A DNA stretch of 36,595 nucleotides from Nemertoderma westbladi (GCA_032718475.1 JAUCBJ010006343.1:1-36595); one strand, 5' to 3'. Counted from the stretch's first letter, positions 11,442 to 23,794 are shown. The notes: a model not told the origin generated them from the sequence alone. Numbers and translations are program-made.

Positions 11442-11967
11442 GACCAAAGGGTGTCGAGAAATTGACATGTATTGGCTTTTTGCACAAAATACTCATTTCA
11501 GCTGATTTTTAGCGGTTCTACAAGTGGGAACTAATTATTTTACATGGTAAGAATAACTTATTCTTATATAAATATTAAATTGCTAGAGTCTCTAATCTCT
11601 ATAACCCATTCCATCAAAGTCTTTAATTAATTTAAGAAATTAATGTTAAGAATGCATGTTTTTAATTGATTGAAATGATTTAAGTGATATTTATTGTTGA
11701 ATTATCCACGCTGGACACATATTTCCATAGACCACTATTATAGGTAGATTAGCCTTCTTAATTCAGCCTAGCCAGAACTCCATCTTGCAGTCTTGCTTGC
11801 TTCCATCCAATCACAGACTAATAACTGAATAACTACCTACTATTATCTACTGAATATGAATAATGTATTGACAATAGATATCATATTGCCGGCAGGTTCA
11901 ACGAACTGTGTTTATTACACGAACGGATTACGTGGTAAGCATTAAACAACTGTAACATAGTTGTAAC

Positions 11968-12143
11968 ATAGAAATCAAATATAATATTGAGGGTCTTTCT
12001 GTCTTTAGCTGGTTTATATTATATTAATTAAAGATAACACTAGTAAACGTTTTCAACGGTTTCTGCATCAGACTATTATCTTTCTGTCTTTAATTAATAC
12101 AATAAACCAGCTCAAGACCCTCAATATTTTATTTCATTTCTAT
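11968..12143. mobile_element. Short hairpin MITE-like element
   Basis: ATAGAAATCAAATATAATATTGAGGGTCTT..AGCTGGTTTAT..TTAATTAAAGA pairs imperfectly with TCTTTAATTAA..ATAAACCAGCTCAAGACCCTCAATATTTTATTTCATTTCTAT. No clear TSD. Confidence 0.65.
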
Positions 12144-12440
12144 CATCCTGATGTGTTTATTACCTGATTTATTTGTAAGCTATTTCCCACGGTGTTAGTT
12201 GATCAGAGTGGCTATTGGGACGAGCCATAAAGGCAGCCAAGACGCATTTACAATTAGCATAATGGTTATTCCTCGGGCCGAGCCGCAAACGGTGTTGAGA
12301 GACATTTGCAAAAAAAATAAATTGAAAAATAAAATTAAAATTAAAAAAAAAATAAAATAAGATTAAAAAATTTTTTTTTTTTATTTATTACAAATACATT
12401 ATAATAATTAAAAAGGGTAATAAATTTCGCTATTTAAGAA

Positions 12441-13058
12441 AGCCGTATCGATCCGATCAAGCCGAGTCGAACTGATGGAGCCGAGTCAAACCTATCGAGC
12501 TGAGTTGAACCTATCGAGCTGAGACAAACCTATCGAGCCAAGTTGAACCTATCGAACCGAGTCGAACCCATCAAGCCGAGTCACACCAATTGAACCAGAT
12601 CAAGATGAGACGGACCGTTTGAGCCGAGCCGAACCTATTGAGCCAAGTCGAACCTATTGAGCCGTGTCGAACCCATTGAGCAGAGTCGAACTGATTGAGC
12701 CGGATCATGCCATCTTGGACCGATTGAGCTGGAACGAACCTGTCGAGTGGGACTGATAAAGCCGAACCTATCGAGCTGAGTCGAACTTATCGGCCGTGTC
12801 AAACCTATCGAGCCGAGTTAAACCTAAGGAGCTGAGTCGAACTGATCGAACCAAGTCGAACCGAGTCAAACTGATCGAGCCAGATCAAACCGATTGAGCC
12901 TGATGGAACCAATAGAGCGGAGACGAACCAATTGAGCTGAATCGAACCGATCAAGCCATGTCGAACCAATCAAGCCAAGTTGAACCATGATCGAGCCGAG
13001 TCGAACCAATCGAGCCGAGTTGAACTGATTGAGCCGAGTCGAACTGATTGAGCCGAGT
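12441..13058 (+). repeat. Degenerate 19-bp minisatellite (GAGCCGAGTCGAACCGATY), ~30 copies
   Basis: For example GAGCCGAGTCGAACTGATT at 13031-13049; built from ~5-bp subunits with many CG->TG/CA variants. Confidence 0.9.
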
Positions 13059-14187
13059 AAGTAGGCTTATGTAAGTATGTATGTGCACAATATTGGCTGT
13101 ATATATGTACATATTGACATTGGCCCTAGCACCTAGCTGATAGCCGGACAGGCCATTAGAGATGGAATAGGCTTCAAGTAATGATTGGAACCTAGATATT
13201 GTCTGCATGCTGGTGCCACCCATACCAGGGCAATAGATTTGTCTGAATGGTCACTCAGGGTACTAGTTTGATGGGCAGGTCCGTTTAAAACCGGGTTGCT
13301 GGCCTTCTAGTTGAGTTGCTGTAAAGGACAAGGCTATACATGGCAATAATAATAAGATCAATTTGTATTCAATTTATTTTAGTTAGATTACCCATAGCCT
13401 CGTTTAACATTGCTGCCTAGTTGAATTAATCTGCCGCCCAACCTCAACAGCCACGCCGAGTAAATCCAGGAAATCAGGAATGCTTATAAATTTAATCAAA
13501 AGTCTAAATAAAACAAAATATAAAAGCAGAAGCAATATTCCATTCCAATATTGGATTCCAACGCAAACAAAAAGGTTCAAAGCAAGAATGACTTTCATAA
13601 ACCAAACAAACTGCTTCCCGTCTAACTGTGTAATGTAATGTAATACACAGTCGTCTAAGCTACTACAGTACTAAGCATACAAATCACAACCACAATTATT
13701 AGTGTGACGTCGATGTGTGAAATGTTATCCTATTTGCAAACCTGGGAAACGGCCCTAAAGCTGTAAAGAGAGGTTTATTCTGCTAAGACCAGAAGACAGT
13801 AAGAAGAGTAACTGGAAATACAAATATGTAATAATAATAATATAATTTTTTTAGATAGTTTTTCTAATTAATTATTATTTACTTTTAATTTTTATGAATT
13901 GCTTTGATAACATACACTACCCCAGTACCCACATAATTAATTAATCTATAAAGTCGTAAAATGAAATTAACTCAGGATTGATTTTATTTTACAACACTTT
14001 TAGTGACAAGAGTCATTTATTAGAATCGTATGTTAAAATCAACACCAGGAATTGCGCCATATTATTACAGTATTATATGTACACAAACACAATATAGCGC
14101 CAATCGGCACTCAGTCAGCCAGTGCCAATGAAGAATAGCCATTGCAATCATATTATGATTGATTGACAGGTTCCACTTGACAGATTT

Positions 14188-14390
14188 CACAGGGAACTAA
14201 ATAACTCCTATACCCCGATTCGGGGTATACCTAATTTTTTCCGCTGCCTGGAGATTTTCTAGTAGAACACCAATTCGGGGTATAGCTTTCTACTGAAAAT
14301 CTCGAATCGGTGTCACTATCTGACTATTTTCCACTATAACACCGATTCTGGGTATAGAGCTGTACCCCAATTCGGGGTATTTTCCCTTAC
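14188..14390. repeat. Cluster of palindromic ACCCCRATTCGGGGTAT motifs, probable DNA transposon end
   Basis: Perfect 10+1+10 palindrome TATACCCCGA-T-TCGGGGTATA at 14209-14229; variants near 14268, 14302, 14339 and 14363. Confidence 0.65.
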
Positions 14391-15253
14391 TGATAGACAT
14401 AAGGCAGAGACAAATTTATATATACTCTGTCCGGAAATTGGACACCTGCCCAAATACCGGACAACCCAATCTCCAACCAAAAAGTGCCTATTTGCGCCTA
14501 TTAGATGGCGCTGGGCACTCAATGTTAAGATGTTATTTTGATGTAGGATGATGTGGTAGGATGTGCAGAACAGCAGAATTGAGAATCAACATTCTGCATT
14601 CAGGCATTCCAGCATTCACACAGTGCTGCAGTCAGATGTATGCTACCAGGCTACGGCTGGCAGTACAGCAGTATCTGAGTACCGGTATATCAGTATATCC
14701 CTGTATCCAGACCTCCAGATACACTGAACTGACAGACAGGCAGACAGGAGACAGCTGGACAGAGATATCAGTATAATAGTCAGCCAGTAGGCCTACTGCA
14801 GTACTGCGGTATAACAGAAACAGTCAGACAGTACAGCAGTCAGGCAGTAAACCAAAATACAGAAATACCAGACTTGGAGTATAGGCCTGTCAGCCTGTAG
14901 GCCTACAGCTACCGGTATACGACGCACACGGTCAGAATACTGAAATACTGACTGTCTGTTATGTTATGTTATGTTATAGCTACTCGTTTACAGTCTGACA
15001 AGCAGACAAGTGTGTATAAAAAGTAAAGTAAATTTCTTCACCGTTCAGCTGTTAGGGCAGTAGGGTCAGAGGGTTGGTTAGGCCAGGGCCAGGGATTACG
15101 CACAAAGACTTATTTTCCAGCTTCCCAGCTTCGAGCTTCCAGGGCGGTCTCACCAGAACTATAGCTGTATAGAGCAGAGCTGTATAGACAGGATAGGCAG
15201 ATAGGCCTGTCCCGTTTTTGAGTGGCTTATCCCGGTTTACCAAGCAGCCAAGG

Positions 15254-15526
15254 GTGTTTGAAAAAGGTGGCCTGGACACAGAAAACATGGAAAACACAAA
15301 CAGACCAATCAGAAACGTAGTAAGCAAAGCAGTTTATAGCGATTGGTCTGTCCACCTTTTTCAAGTTTTTGTTTTCTTAGTTACATAATTGGGAATAAGA
15401 TGTGTGTTTGAAAAAGGTGGACTGGACACATGCACAAAAAACATAGATAATAGTAAATAGTCTGACCAATCAGAAACGTATTAAAGCAATGCTATTTATT
15501 AGTGATTGGACTGTCCACCTTTTTCA
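15254..15526. repeat. Two tandem ~150-bp hairpin units (GAAAAAGGTGG...GTCCACCTTTTTC)
   Basis: Each unit has TTTGAAAAAGGTGG, GACCAATCAGAAACGTA and GATTGG.CTGTCCACCTTTTTCA. Related unit at 16270-16402. Confidence 0.8.
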
Positions 15527-16269
15527 GGTTTCAATTATCTATCTATAATGGGCATGCTGGAAGCAGCTGCATTAAGAATGCTGCCGGTGTCCTACAGTCC
15601 TAGGCGTATCTACCCCCCCCCCCCCCCCCCCCCCCCGCGCGGATTGCCCTCCTATAGACTTTACAGTATAATACTGTAATAGTGTCTAGCGTACCGTACA
15701 GCACTTTAACTTGGATGTATTGGTTTATTTTTGTGGTTGGGTTAGTTGGTCAGGCCCAAACCCTAATTAAAACTGTCATTAGTAACCCTATAACCTTAAA
15801 TTCCCGATGCTCTAATCTAAGAAATTTTGTGGAATGTAGGATCCAAATTATTCAAGGTTGGGGTTACTTGATAGTTTTGGTTAAGGTTTTGGGCTTCCAT
15901 TTTCACTTTGAATTATGATTTCGGACCGCCACTCCCAAAATATGGGGACTTATTTACCTCCCTCGCTGCGCTCGGTCGTTTAATAACAGATGATATAACA
16001 TGATAACATGATTAATAACATGATTATATTTCCCTCAGAGTACAATAGATAGACTACAATAGATACAATAGATTAAAATTAAATTTATAATGTCATGAGT
16101 TAGAATATTGACGTTCCAATATTGATGCTATGCTAAGGCTGTAAGGCTCAGCTCAGACTTCGGCTCGCCCCATATTATTGAACTATGCCTATTTCGACAA
16201 CTTCGGTTGGTCACAGTAAGTATGGGATAATAATAACAATAATAATCCATAAAAACCTTCTGAAATTTT

Positions 16270-16402
16270 TTGAAAAACGTGGACAGAGCTGCTATAATGT
16301 GCAAATCAATCTGATTGGTCAATTCATTGCCTTCTCTTTCTCAACCCAGTCCACCTTATTCAAATTTGAAAAAGGTGGACAACAAAGCTGAAAAAGGTGG
16401 AC
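16270..16402. repeat. Further copy of the GAAAAAGGTGGAC hairpin repeat family
   Basis: GAAAAACGTGGACAG..CTGATTGGTC..GTCCACCTTATTCAAATTTGAAAAAGGTGGAC. Confidence 0.65.
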
Positions 16403-16424
16403 ATGCTGTGTGACACAAATCACC

Positions 16425-16740
16425 CGTGATTTTTGATTATCAAAATTGTGATAGCTTGTATTTTTCGCGCCGCACATTGACACATATCCAAAAATTACAC
16501 AATCAACAATGTACTATATATATGTATCAGTGTCATATCCGTGATCAGCATCCAAATAAACCTATACAGCTATATGGTCATAAAATAAATTTGATTTTGT
16601 GGTGATTTTTCATTATCATATTTGCACTACTTGTTTTTTTCGTGCCCAATAGGGTACATTCAAAATTACCAAAAATGTTCTCGAATGTTATATTTGAGTT
16701 CTATAATCGTGATCTGTGTCCAAAATACCGCTATATACCG
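16425..16740 (+). repeat. Diverged ~175-bp tandem pair
   Basis: GTGATTTTT.ATTATCA...CTTGT.TTTTTCG.GCC...CAAAATTAC...CGTGATC...TCCAAA occurs twice. Confidence 0.5.
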
Positions 16741-16911
16741 CAAATAAATTAATCTTAGTGAACCTTAAAAACTTTTGAAACTTTTAGCACGAAAAATACT
16801 GATGGATGCTAGAAAGGGACCACAGCACAAAAACTAAGCGTTGGTTCTATTGGATAGCCCATTAAATTTTATGACAAGTCACGAAATCTCGGTTTTCCCA
16901 ACAAACCCGAT

Positions 16912-17166
16912 TCAAACATTAGAGGAGTACTGAAACTACTGCTGCTCTAAATAATCGGACCTTAAGTATCCGATGAATTCTGTGTTACTTCCAAATACTG
17001 GAAATCCCATTTAAGGCTGCCCATGGCTTTTCCTTACGTATTCGAGTGTCCCCATCTGACATCCGGATCCATAATCCCAGGTAACAGAAGTGGGCCACGC
17101 CACATGCTCATGCTTTTTGGAGTTCAACAACTAAACTCCTAAGTCATCAGCAAAGTCTAGATCAGT
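16912..17166 (-). mobile_element. RTE-clade LINE reverse transcriptase fragment
   Basis: Minus strand TDLDFADDL (17166-17140), then YLGLWIRMSDGDTRIRKEKPWAALNGISSIWK*HRIHRILKVRLFRAAVVSVLL*, the RTE RT C-terminal pattern; internally deleted. Confidence 0.85.
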
Positions 17167-17515
17167 GTTAGGTTAGGCCTACAGTACTTGGCAGGATTTC
17201 GGCGACTTCTGGAGCCAGGAGGTGGAGTTACCAACACGCCATCATGATTATGATGATCTAAGGGGATGTGTAGGACATAAGTCAATCACAATTATGAATC
17301 AAGAATGGCGCAAGTGTGTCCCCCTGGTGGACTCAACTCAACACTACACACAAGTGTCATCGAACCATCGTATAGGCCGCCTACTGATCTGATTGCTGCA
17401 ATAATTTCATCAGAAATCCCATATAATTATGACGGCCGGCTATTCGCAATATACGAGTGCATGTGTGGCGAATCTGGGCTAGAGGTAGACGATAGAGAGA
17501 GATGTAGTCCTTCAA

Positions 17516-18064
17516 TGTGATGCAGTTCTGGAAAGCACCGTGTAGTCACATGAGGTGTCGTAACTCAGTGACAGCTCCCGGTTAAGATTGTTGAGGTTCG
17601 AAGTCGATTGAGTTAATGGTCAAACATTAAGGGAAGTCGGGAGAAATTCAAAAACAGGTTGTTGTTGAAGGAGCAATGTATAATTATTGGCATAAACTCC
17701 AAAATAAAGAACAATTAAAGAAACTTTACTAAACTTTTGAAGAGGTGTGTTAGCAGAAAGGCACTGAGATTTTGAGTGAGAAGTGAAGATCAGCCGTGTG
17801 CAGGGGCTTTGAATACCACCTACAACTGAGTCGTGATTGGCGTAACGTTTCGATCCACCTGTTTGGTGAATCAACTCGCTAGAGGGCGCGGCCTTGGCGT
17901 ACTAAGGAAAACGTGAAAGTTTACGTTTCGATCCGATATACGAAAGTGGGATCGAAACGTGCAGAAAACAATAATGTGGTTTACAATACTGTATAGGTTT
18001 GACGTCGTGAAAAAATACTGGAATAAGCACATACAGTTAGGGCGATTATTCACACTCCCCTCCT
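17516..18064 (-). mobile_element. Polypurine tract and probable 3' LTR of a BEL/Pao element (distal LTR end uncertain)
   Basis: Minus strand AGGAGGGGAG (18064-18055) immediately followed by TGTGA at 18054, downstream of the pol remnant. Candidate LTR ends TCACA at 17516 or CAACA at 17589. Confidence 0.55.
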
Positions 18065-18295
18065 ATTTTGCACGAACCAAATGGGACAAAGAATGAACGC
18101 CAAGAAAAAAGTAGAAAAATACGACAAAAAATAATTTAATAGCAGACACAATAAGAACTACAGTATACAGTGCAGTACTGTACTGTACGAAGAAAATTCG
18201 TTGGCACAACTAAATCGAATAACATAAATAACACTAATGACTACAAGGTTAAATACTTTAAGAGGCTGGTTCAGAGTTCAATTAAATTAAATTCC

Positions 18296-18670
18296 AGTGA
18301 GAGGGTGTGAGTTGAGTAGATGTGCCCATTAACCCGGACGTCCACTGTCCGGCCCCAGGATGGACTCGGACAATGTTGCCAAGAGGCCAATTGGACCTAG
18401 GGTGTAGGTTTCATCCCCCGCCGCCAGGATCGCAAGGTACGGAGGTATTCGGCAGTCCAGCGCAACCGGATGGCCTCGGAGATGGCCGTAAAGGGGCGTC
18501 AACTGCAGTGATGGCATTCTCGGAGCGGCACGACGAAGAAGATAGCGAGACCCCTCGTAATCCTTTGCCGAGAGGAAGCCTCAGCAGCGTCCCGCCGAAC
18601 AGGAAGTGAGTGGGAGAAACTGGTTCGGGACTGTCGTCAAAAGTCTGAACGAGTGGCCAGCGATTCAAGT
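18296..18670 (-). pseudogene. BEL/Pao retrotransposon integrase C-terminus / DUF5641-like remnant
   Basis: Across frameshifts: LNRWPLVQTFDDSPEPVSPTHFLFG, RWTAEYLRTLR, PRSNWPLGNIVRVHPG, TVDVRVNG. These match BEL motifs LNSRPL..LTP.HFL.G, W..EYL..L and WPLGRI...PG.DG. Confidence 0.85.
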
Positions 18671-18858
18671 TTGTGATGGAATGGAACCAAACTTAATGCA
18701 CATGTAGGCCTAATCTATAAAAAGTTCTCAAAACTATATAGACAGAGAGACTTCTATAGTTCATCTGACGGCCGCTAGGGGGTGTATCCAACTCCACTAA
18801 TTTTACTGCGAAGCCAATTATCATCCAGATTCCGTGCCGCGCAAAGCACCCCACTTAT
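18670..18858 (-). mobile_element. Truncated, diverged relative of the 910-1414/30122-30615 repeat family
   Basis: Reverse complement starts AAGTGGGGTGCTTTGCGCGGCAC and contains CCCCTAGCGG and AAGTCTCTC; abuts the BEL remnant. Confidence 0.6.
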
Positions 18859-19905
18859 ATATATACGGCATTAAACAATAATAATTATTATATGTTTATT
18901 CATAGTTTATATATCCGGCTGCGGCCGATTGTTTACTTTGAAATAGAAAATTTTATTTCTTCATTTACGCGGAAACTACAGTAGTTTTACATGTCGGTTA
19001 TTGCTTGACATACTATAACTACTGTAACTGATAGCGATAGGCCATTTAGACCAAACCAATCAGTGACTGTTTCATTCAATTAGGATGTTTTAACGCCTCC
19101 GGTTTAGACGATGCCCTAAAATACTTAATTATAATGTGTTGCCCTAATAAAGCAGCACATTACATACTTTACAGTACTTTTAGCATTACAGGTATTTATA
19201 ATGTTTTTCAAGTCAAATAATATGTTGTCTTAATCAACAATTTAACCATATTAGAAAGAAGGTTGGTTCAATCAATGTATACAATCATATGTAATGTACG
19301 CTCTATCATGTAATGTGTACGCTAGGTGGCATTGTAAAATGCAATTGTTGGTTGACTTGGTTCCGTACTTCCTTTTCAAAGTGGTTAACAATTTATTTAT
19401 TGTCATTCAACGTATTAGTAGCATACCGCAGTGATAGAGGGCTACTAATGTACCCTACGCAGTGTGCCTACTGTATGTAGACCAACAGTATAAACACCTA
19501 CCTACACTACAGTTGTTGTACACATTGGTAGATTAAATGATGTTACGGTATTTATTTTGTTTACATAATGATTGTAAACTTAGATTTGATAGTCAAATTG
19601 GCCTGCCTTATATTATTGCTGACTTTCTAGCGTAGGTTTCATTACATAATTGTGTAATAATGTGCCTTTCACGCGCTAAATGCCCAATTAATTAATTCAT
19701 TAATAGTTACATCATGTTGGATTTCTTGATGGATTGCTTACGAATATTATGTTTAATATGTTGTTATTCCTGTTGCTGCTGTTTAACGTAGTTACTGGTT
19801 TGTTTTGTAATTAATGACGTCATATTTTTGAGAGTGAAGCAATTACTGTAAATTGAATTTACTACAAATTGAAACGAATCATTAGCCAATCCTATTCAAT
19901 AATTA

Positions 19906-20790
19906 ATGGGAGGTAGCGGATCAAATAACGTTAGTAGCGACGAGTGCGACACCAGCTATGACATTTCTGTGATCGACTGTGTAGCATTACCTCCAAATGA
20001 TGCGGATAATGATTCCTCCCAGCCACAACGTATCAGAAATCAAGAATCTCCAAGAACCAGAATATGGAACTTTATGTTTAGGATAGATCAGTCTCGTCAC
20101 CATGACTATGAACATCTTATTGACGGACTCAATGAAAGGTTGTCTAAAGGACTACCACGTCACCCTGAAGCAGCCAATTACAGGGTAGATAAAGTTAACC
20201 TTGTCAAGGTGCTCGATTTATTGCCCAATAGGAAGCAATCATCAATGACTGAGATGTACAAGGAGTATCCTAGCAACTCCTACCTAATTGAACAAACAAA
20301 TTACCGCGAGCTTCTCAGCAATATAGCCAATAAATGGGACGATTACATGCTGCTTGTAGTGCTGAGAGTTGCCACGAAATGGGAACTGTCCCAATGGAAA
20401 CTTGGTCGCGCTCAAGGTCGTTTGAATCCAGCCTACCTGGCCGCCGACTACGTAAAAAGTGAACCCACTGGCTCCCCGTTATTGGAGAGAACGGTGGAAA
20501 AATACCGAACATTGTCGCAAACGGATGTGCCGCATAGCAAGTACGGAACGATGGAAGCCTCATCCTCTAACCGAACGATGAGGGATGCAACATCGTTGAT
20601 GAGTTATCCTAAGACCACCTCGTTAAGGAAACCCTCCACCCCAAGAAATGCGCAGTCATATTGCCACGCCGTATAATCTTTTCCGCCAACATAACATTGT
20701 TTAACTAGAGACGGGCTTATCATGTTTTTATGTGGAGATTTTTTATCTTTCTTATCCCCAATGCCTTAGCCTACACCTTATTGAAATATC
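19906..20790 (+). pseudogene. 256-codon orphan ORF plus frameshifted continuation; possible densovirus-like NS1 (SF3 helicase) relic
   Basis: ORF 19906-20676 is seen directly. A second frame from 20433 reads LPGRRLRKK*THWLPVIGENGGK...GSLIL*PNDEG...ILPRRIIFSAN...RRAYHVFMWRF..IPNALAYTLLKY, with Walker A-, Walker B- and motif C-like elements in SF3 order. Confidence 0.4.
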
Positions 20791-21369
20791 CCACACCTGT
20801 AACTATTATTATAATCTATATAACCATTCATTTTAACTACTGTATGGAGTAATGCAGAGTCTACACAAGAGTTAAAAATCACCTAATACTGTATGACGTT
20901 AGGAAGAGTACCCCGTAACATTATTTCCAATAAAGCCAGCGATGTCGATATCAAATCATCATGTTGTAACAAGCTACCGTACTATAATGTAACCATTCAA
21001 GCCTTCTGTGTTACAAACAGGTGTATTCATATAGAGCGAACGCAGTGAAGGAGTTTTCATAAATAAAAGAGGGTCCTATGTGGGGTTGAACCCAGGATCT
21101 CGAAATCCAAGTCGACCGCACTACCAATGTAAAGTGGAAATCCACATCAAAACAATTCGCTCTTTGGAGAATTCCAACCTGGACTCGAGAACAATGACGT
21201 CGAACTGGTGATGACTCCAGGCTGGAGGTCACCAATTCAACGTTACATTAACATGAACCAAGCTTTCACCAAAAAACACCAATAATAAATTATAATACTA
21301 ACACACCAACATGGATAACTCGTAGTTGGAACCAACCAAGTTTCGGCGCAGCTCTTTCTAGTCATATAA

Positions 21370-21480
21370 TCATATATGAATATGCAGAATATGTTATATG
21401 AATAGATATGAAGATTTATATGAAGATATATAGAGATAGATATAGATATATAGAGTTATATGAAGATATATGAATATGTT
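21370..21480. repeat. Low-complexity ATATGA/ATAG tract
   Basis: Repeated TATGAAGATATA and GATATA. Confidence 0.7.
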
Positions 21481-21832
21481 TTTACCGATATAGGTGCTAC
21501 TGCAAGAATGCTTCTCTTCATCGCCCCTGTTCTCTCTATTCAAACTTCCCGCCAACACTTCTCCCCCACTCTCTTACATATTGACACAATAAATTGTAAC
21601 CAATCAATACATTACACGGTCATAAAAGTACGCATGTGTCGGGATTAGTCCTACAATTGCGCCAATAAAATAAGTTATTTTCGGTAAAATATACTTATCA
21701 TTCGAGGTTAAGACCCCTAGATCCCTTCCTATAAAAAATTTATAAAAAAAAATAAAAGTTAAGTTTCCTACGACCGTTGTAAAAACGTAAATACAAAGTT
21801 TTATTCGGCCAAAAAAGTAAAGTTTTCTTCGG

Positions 21833-22145
21833 CCGCCAGGTCAGGGATTACGCACAGAGTCTGTCGACTTATTTCCAGTGCGGTCCCCCCAGAACTATAC
21901 TCCCCAGAGGAAACTCCAGTACCGTACTCATTTAGCTACACTTAGGAAGAAAAGGCAGAGATGCGCCCTGGCTGGTCCCTTCAAAACATTAGTGCCGAAA
22001 TGAAAACTGCAATACAACCACTACAGCAAGGTGGGACCTGAGGAAAAAAGCAAAGTACCCCCAGAATTGTACTCCCCAGAGGACACTACAGTAGGCCTAC
22101 TCATTTAGTTCCCATAAGGATGCAAGGCAGAGATGCACCCTGGCT
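21833..22145 (+). repeat. Local ~86-bp duplication plus dispersed motif
   Basis: CCCCAGAA.T.TACTCCCCAGAGGA..ACTCATTTAG..AAGGCAGAGATGC.CCCTGGCT at ~21887 and ~22059; CAGGGATTACGCACA..GACTTATTT..GCGGTC..CCAGAACTATA is shared with 15090-15162. Confidence 0.7.
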
Positions 22146-23794
22146 AGATCTCGCTAGGAGGACCTAAAAAATCTCCGCAACTCAAACAACTGCATCAATT
22201 ACGAAACATTTTGTCTATTGTTATTTAAATAAGGTCAAATAACCTTTGTTATCACAACTATATAACTTTCTATATAGAATAATTCAAATGGGGTACAGAT
22301 TGGGACCGGGCCACCGAAATATTATTGAAGCAAAGGCTTAATCCTACCCTCTAATATTGCAGTGCTTAATGTCCATATGTATGTATAAGTAATCTATACT
22401 ATACAGTTTTTAAATTCCCACTACGCAGTTACGTCCCTCTGTAGGTCACAGGAATATATTGTCTAAATTATACTATGAATTGATTGCCGTATGTCAGTCA
22501 GGAAGTCTGATAAATCTTCTAAACCAGGCCCCGCGCCGTTCTTCTCCCGCGTTGTGAACTTTATCTTCCGCCACTTGTTTATCAACGAAGCCGGTAGAAC
22601 CTCGCTGCTATACTGAATTCGGAATTATCCGCCCTTAGTATAAATTAAAATAGGGTTTGATAATTATGCAATGTTCGCTCAATCAGAGTCCTGTAGAGTG
22701 GAGCTTGGGAATGAATTACGCAAAAAATAGCTAAATTGTTTCCGGCATAATATCGCTATTTTACGAGCTATAACGGAAAATTTCTAAACCAAATAAATGT
22801 AGAATGAGAGACGATTAGATATGATATTTTTTGCAATTTTAAGCAATTGAATCTATTTTCGGTGGTTTACGAACATAGAATGGATCTTTATTTTGAGATT
22901 TTTTATTTGTTCAATTTATTTGCGCAATTAGCAGAGTTTTTCTCATGAGTTATTCGCTTGAGTTATTCGCAAATTACATTTTTAATTTGCTTTGGGGTCA
23001 TCCATAAAAGACGTCCGAGAAAATCCCGAATTTTTGGACCCCCCCCCCGGTGTCCGGTTTTGTCCGGTTTTTGACCTCCCCCCCCTCCCCCCTATTCGGA
23101 CGTCCGAATTTTAGAAAATAAAACAGAAAACAAATACACGAATTATTGCTGTACATTGTACAAATATGGGGGCGACTACTAATATTAACAGTACTAATAT
23201 ATATAGAAAACTATATAAAATACTGTAGTTTACGAGTCAGCTAGGAATGATTCCTCCCAAATTGGTGATGAGAACGTAGCTGGCATCACATCCTCCCCAT
23301 AATCCGCAACCTTCGCTTCATCATCACCTACTTTGTCCCGGCCACACTCTGCCTCAACGATGACCTGGCGACACGCTGCCTCAACGATGACCTGGCCACT
23401 CTGCCTCAAATATGTCGGTCCCGATCACATCTTTGTCCTCAAATCCTAGAAAAGGACCCACAGTCTTCTTTTCCTGAGGATGTACCGCCATGTGTCGTCA
23501 AACAGCAGCCTTATTCGGCCAGGATTTACCACATATGGGGCATTGGCAGGTGCTGATCTTATCAACCATTGAGGGGCAATATGTATCGAATGGAAGTGTT
23601 ATAGGCACGCGAATAAGAGTGCGCTCCTGTAGACTGGCGAATCTAGGTTTAGGCAGTTTAACGGCCTCGCTGGATGGGACCAACCAGGGCCTTCATAAAA
23701 TAACAGGCCTGGACACAGAGCTGCCCTCAAAAAAATAAGAGGCCAAGTAGGAAGTGTTACTTCATTTCACTCTATGATCATGGGACCAACACAT

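Noticed and set aside
12441-13058. CRISPR-like appearance of the 19-bp arrays (also 3463-3525 and 34724-34819)
   Set aside because: Contiguous tandem units with no unique spacers, no cas genes, eukaryotic context.
15612-15636. Long poly-C/poly-G runs as G-quadruplex signals (also ~8525, 30838, 34690)
   Set aside because: Mostly subterminal tracts of identified elements; homopolymer lengths are unreliable.
17554-17607. A-box/B-box-like motifs (TAACTCAGTG..GGTTCGA)
   Set aside because: No cloverleaf; too short and degenerate.
17835-17890. Hammerhead ribozyme candidate on the minus strand (hairpin followed by GAAAC)
   Set aside because: The required CUGANGA core is absent (CTAGCGA instead) and not adjacent to stem II.
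19906-20100. CRESS-virus Rep motif I (RTRIWNFMF) and MGGSGS myristoylation signal
   Set aside because: No HUH motif II or YxxK follows; these short motifs are not significant alone.
21071-21145. Minus-strand tRNA-like sequence (TGGTAG..GGGTTCAACCCC..AGGACCC)
   Set aside because: B-box-like motif present, but the acceptor and D stems do not pair; at most a decayed tRNA/SINE head. tRNAscan-SE would settle it.
23490-23738. Two ORFs ending in an identical QGLHKITGLDTELPSKK (also 27428-27883)
   Set aside because: Read-through into the two 71-bp TIRs, not a shared protein domain.
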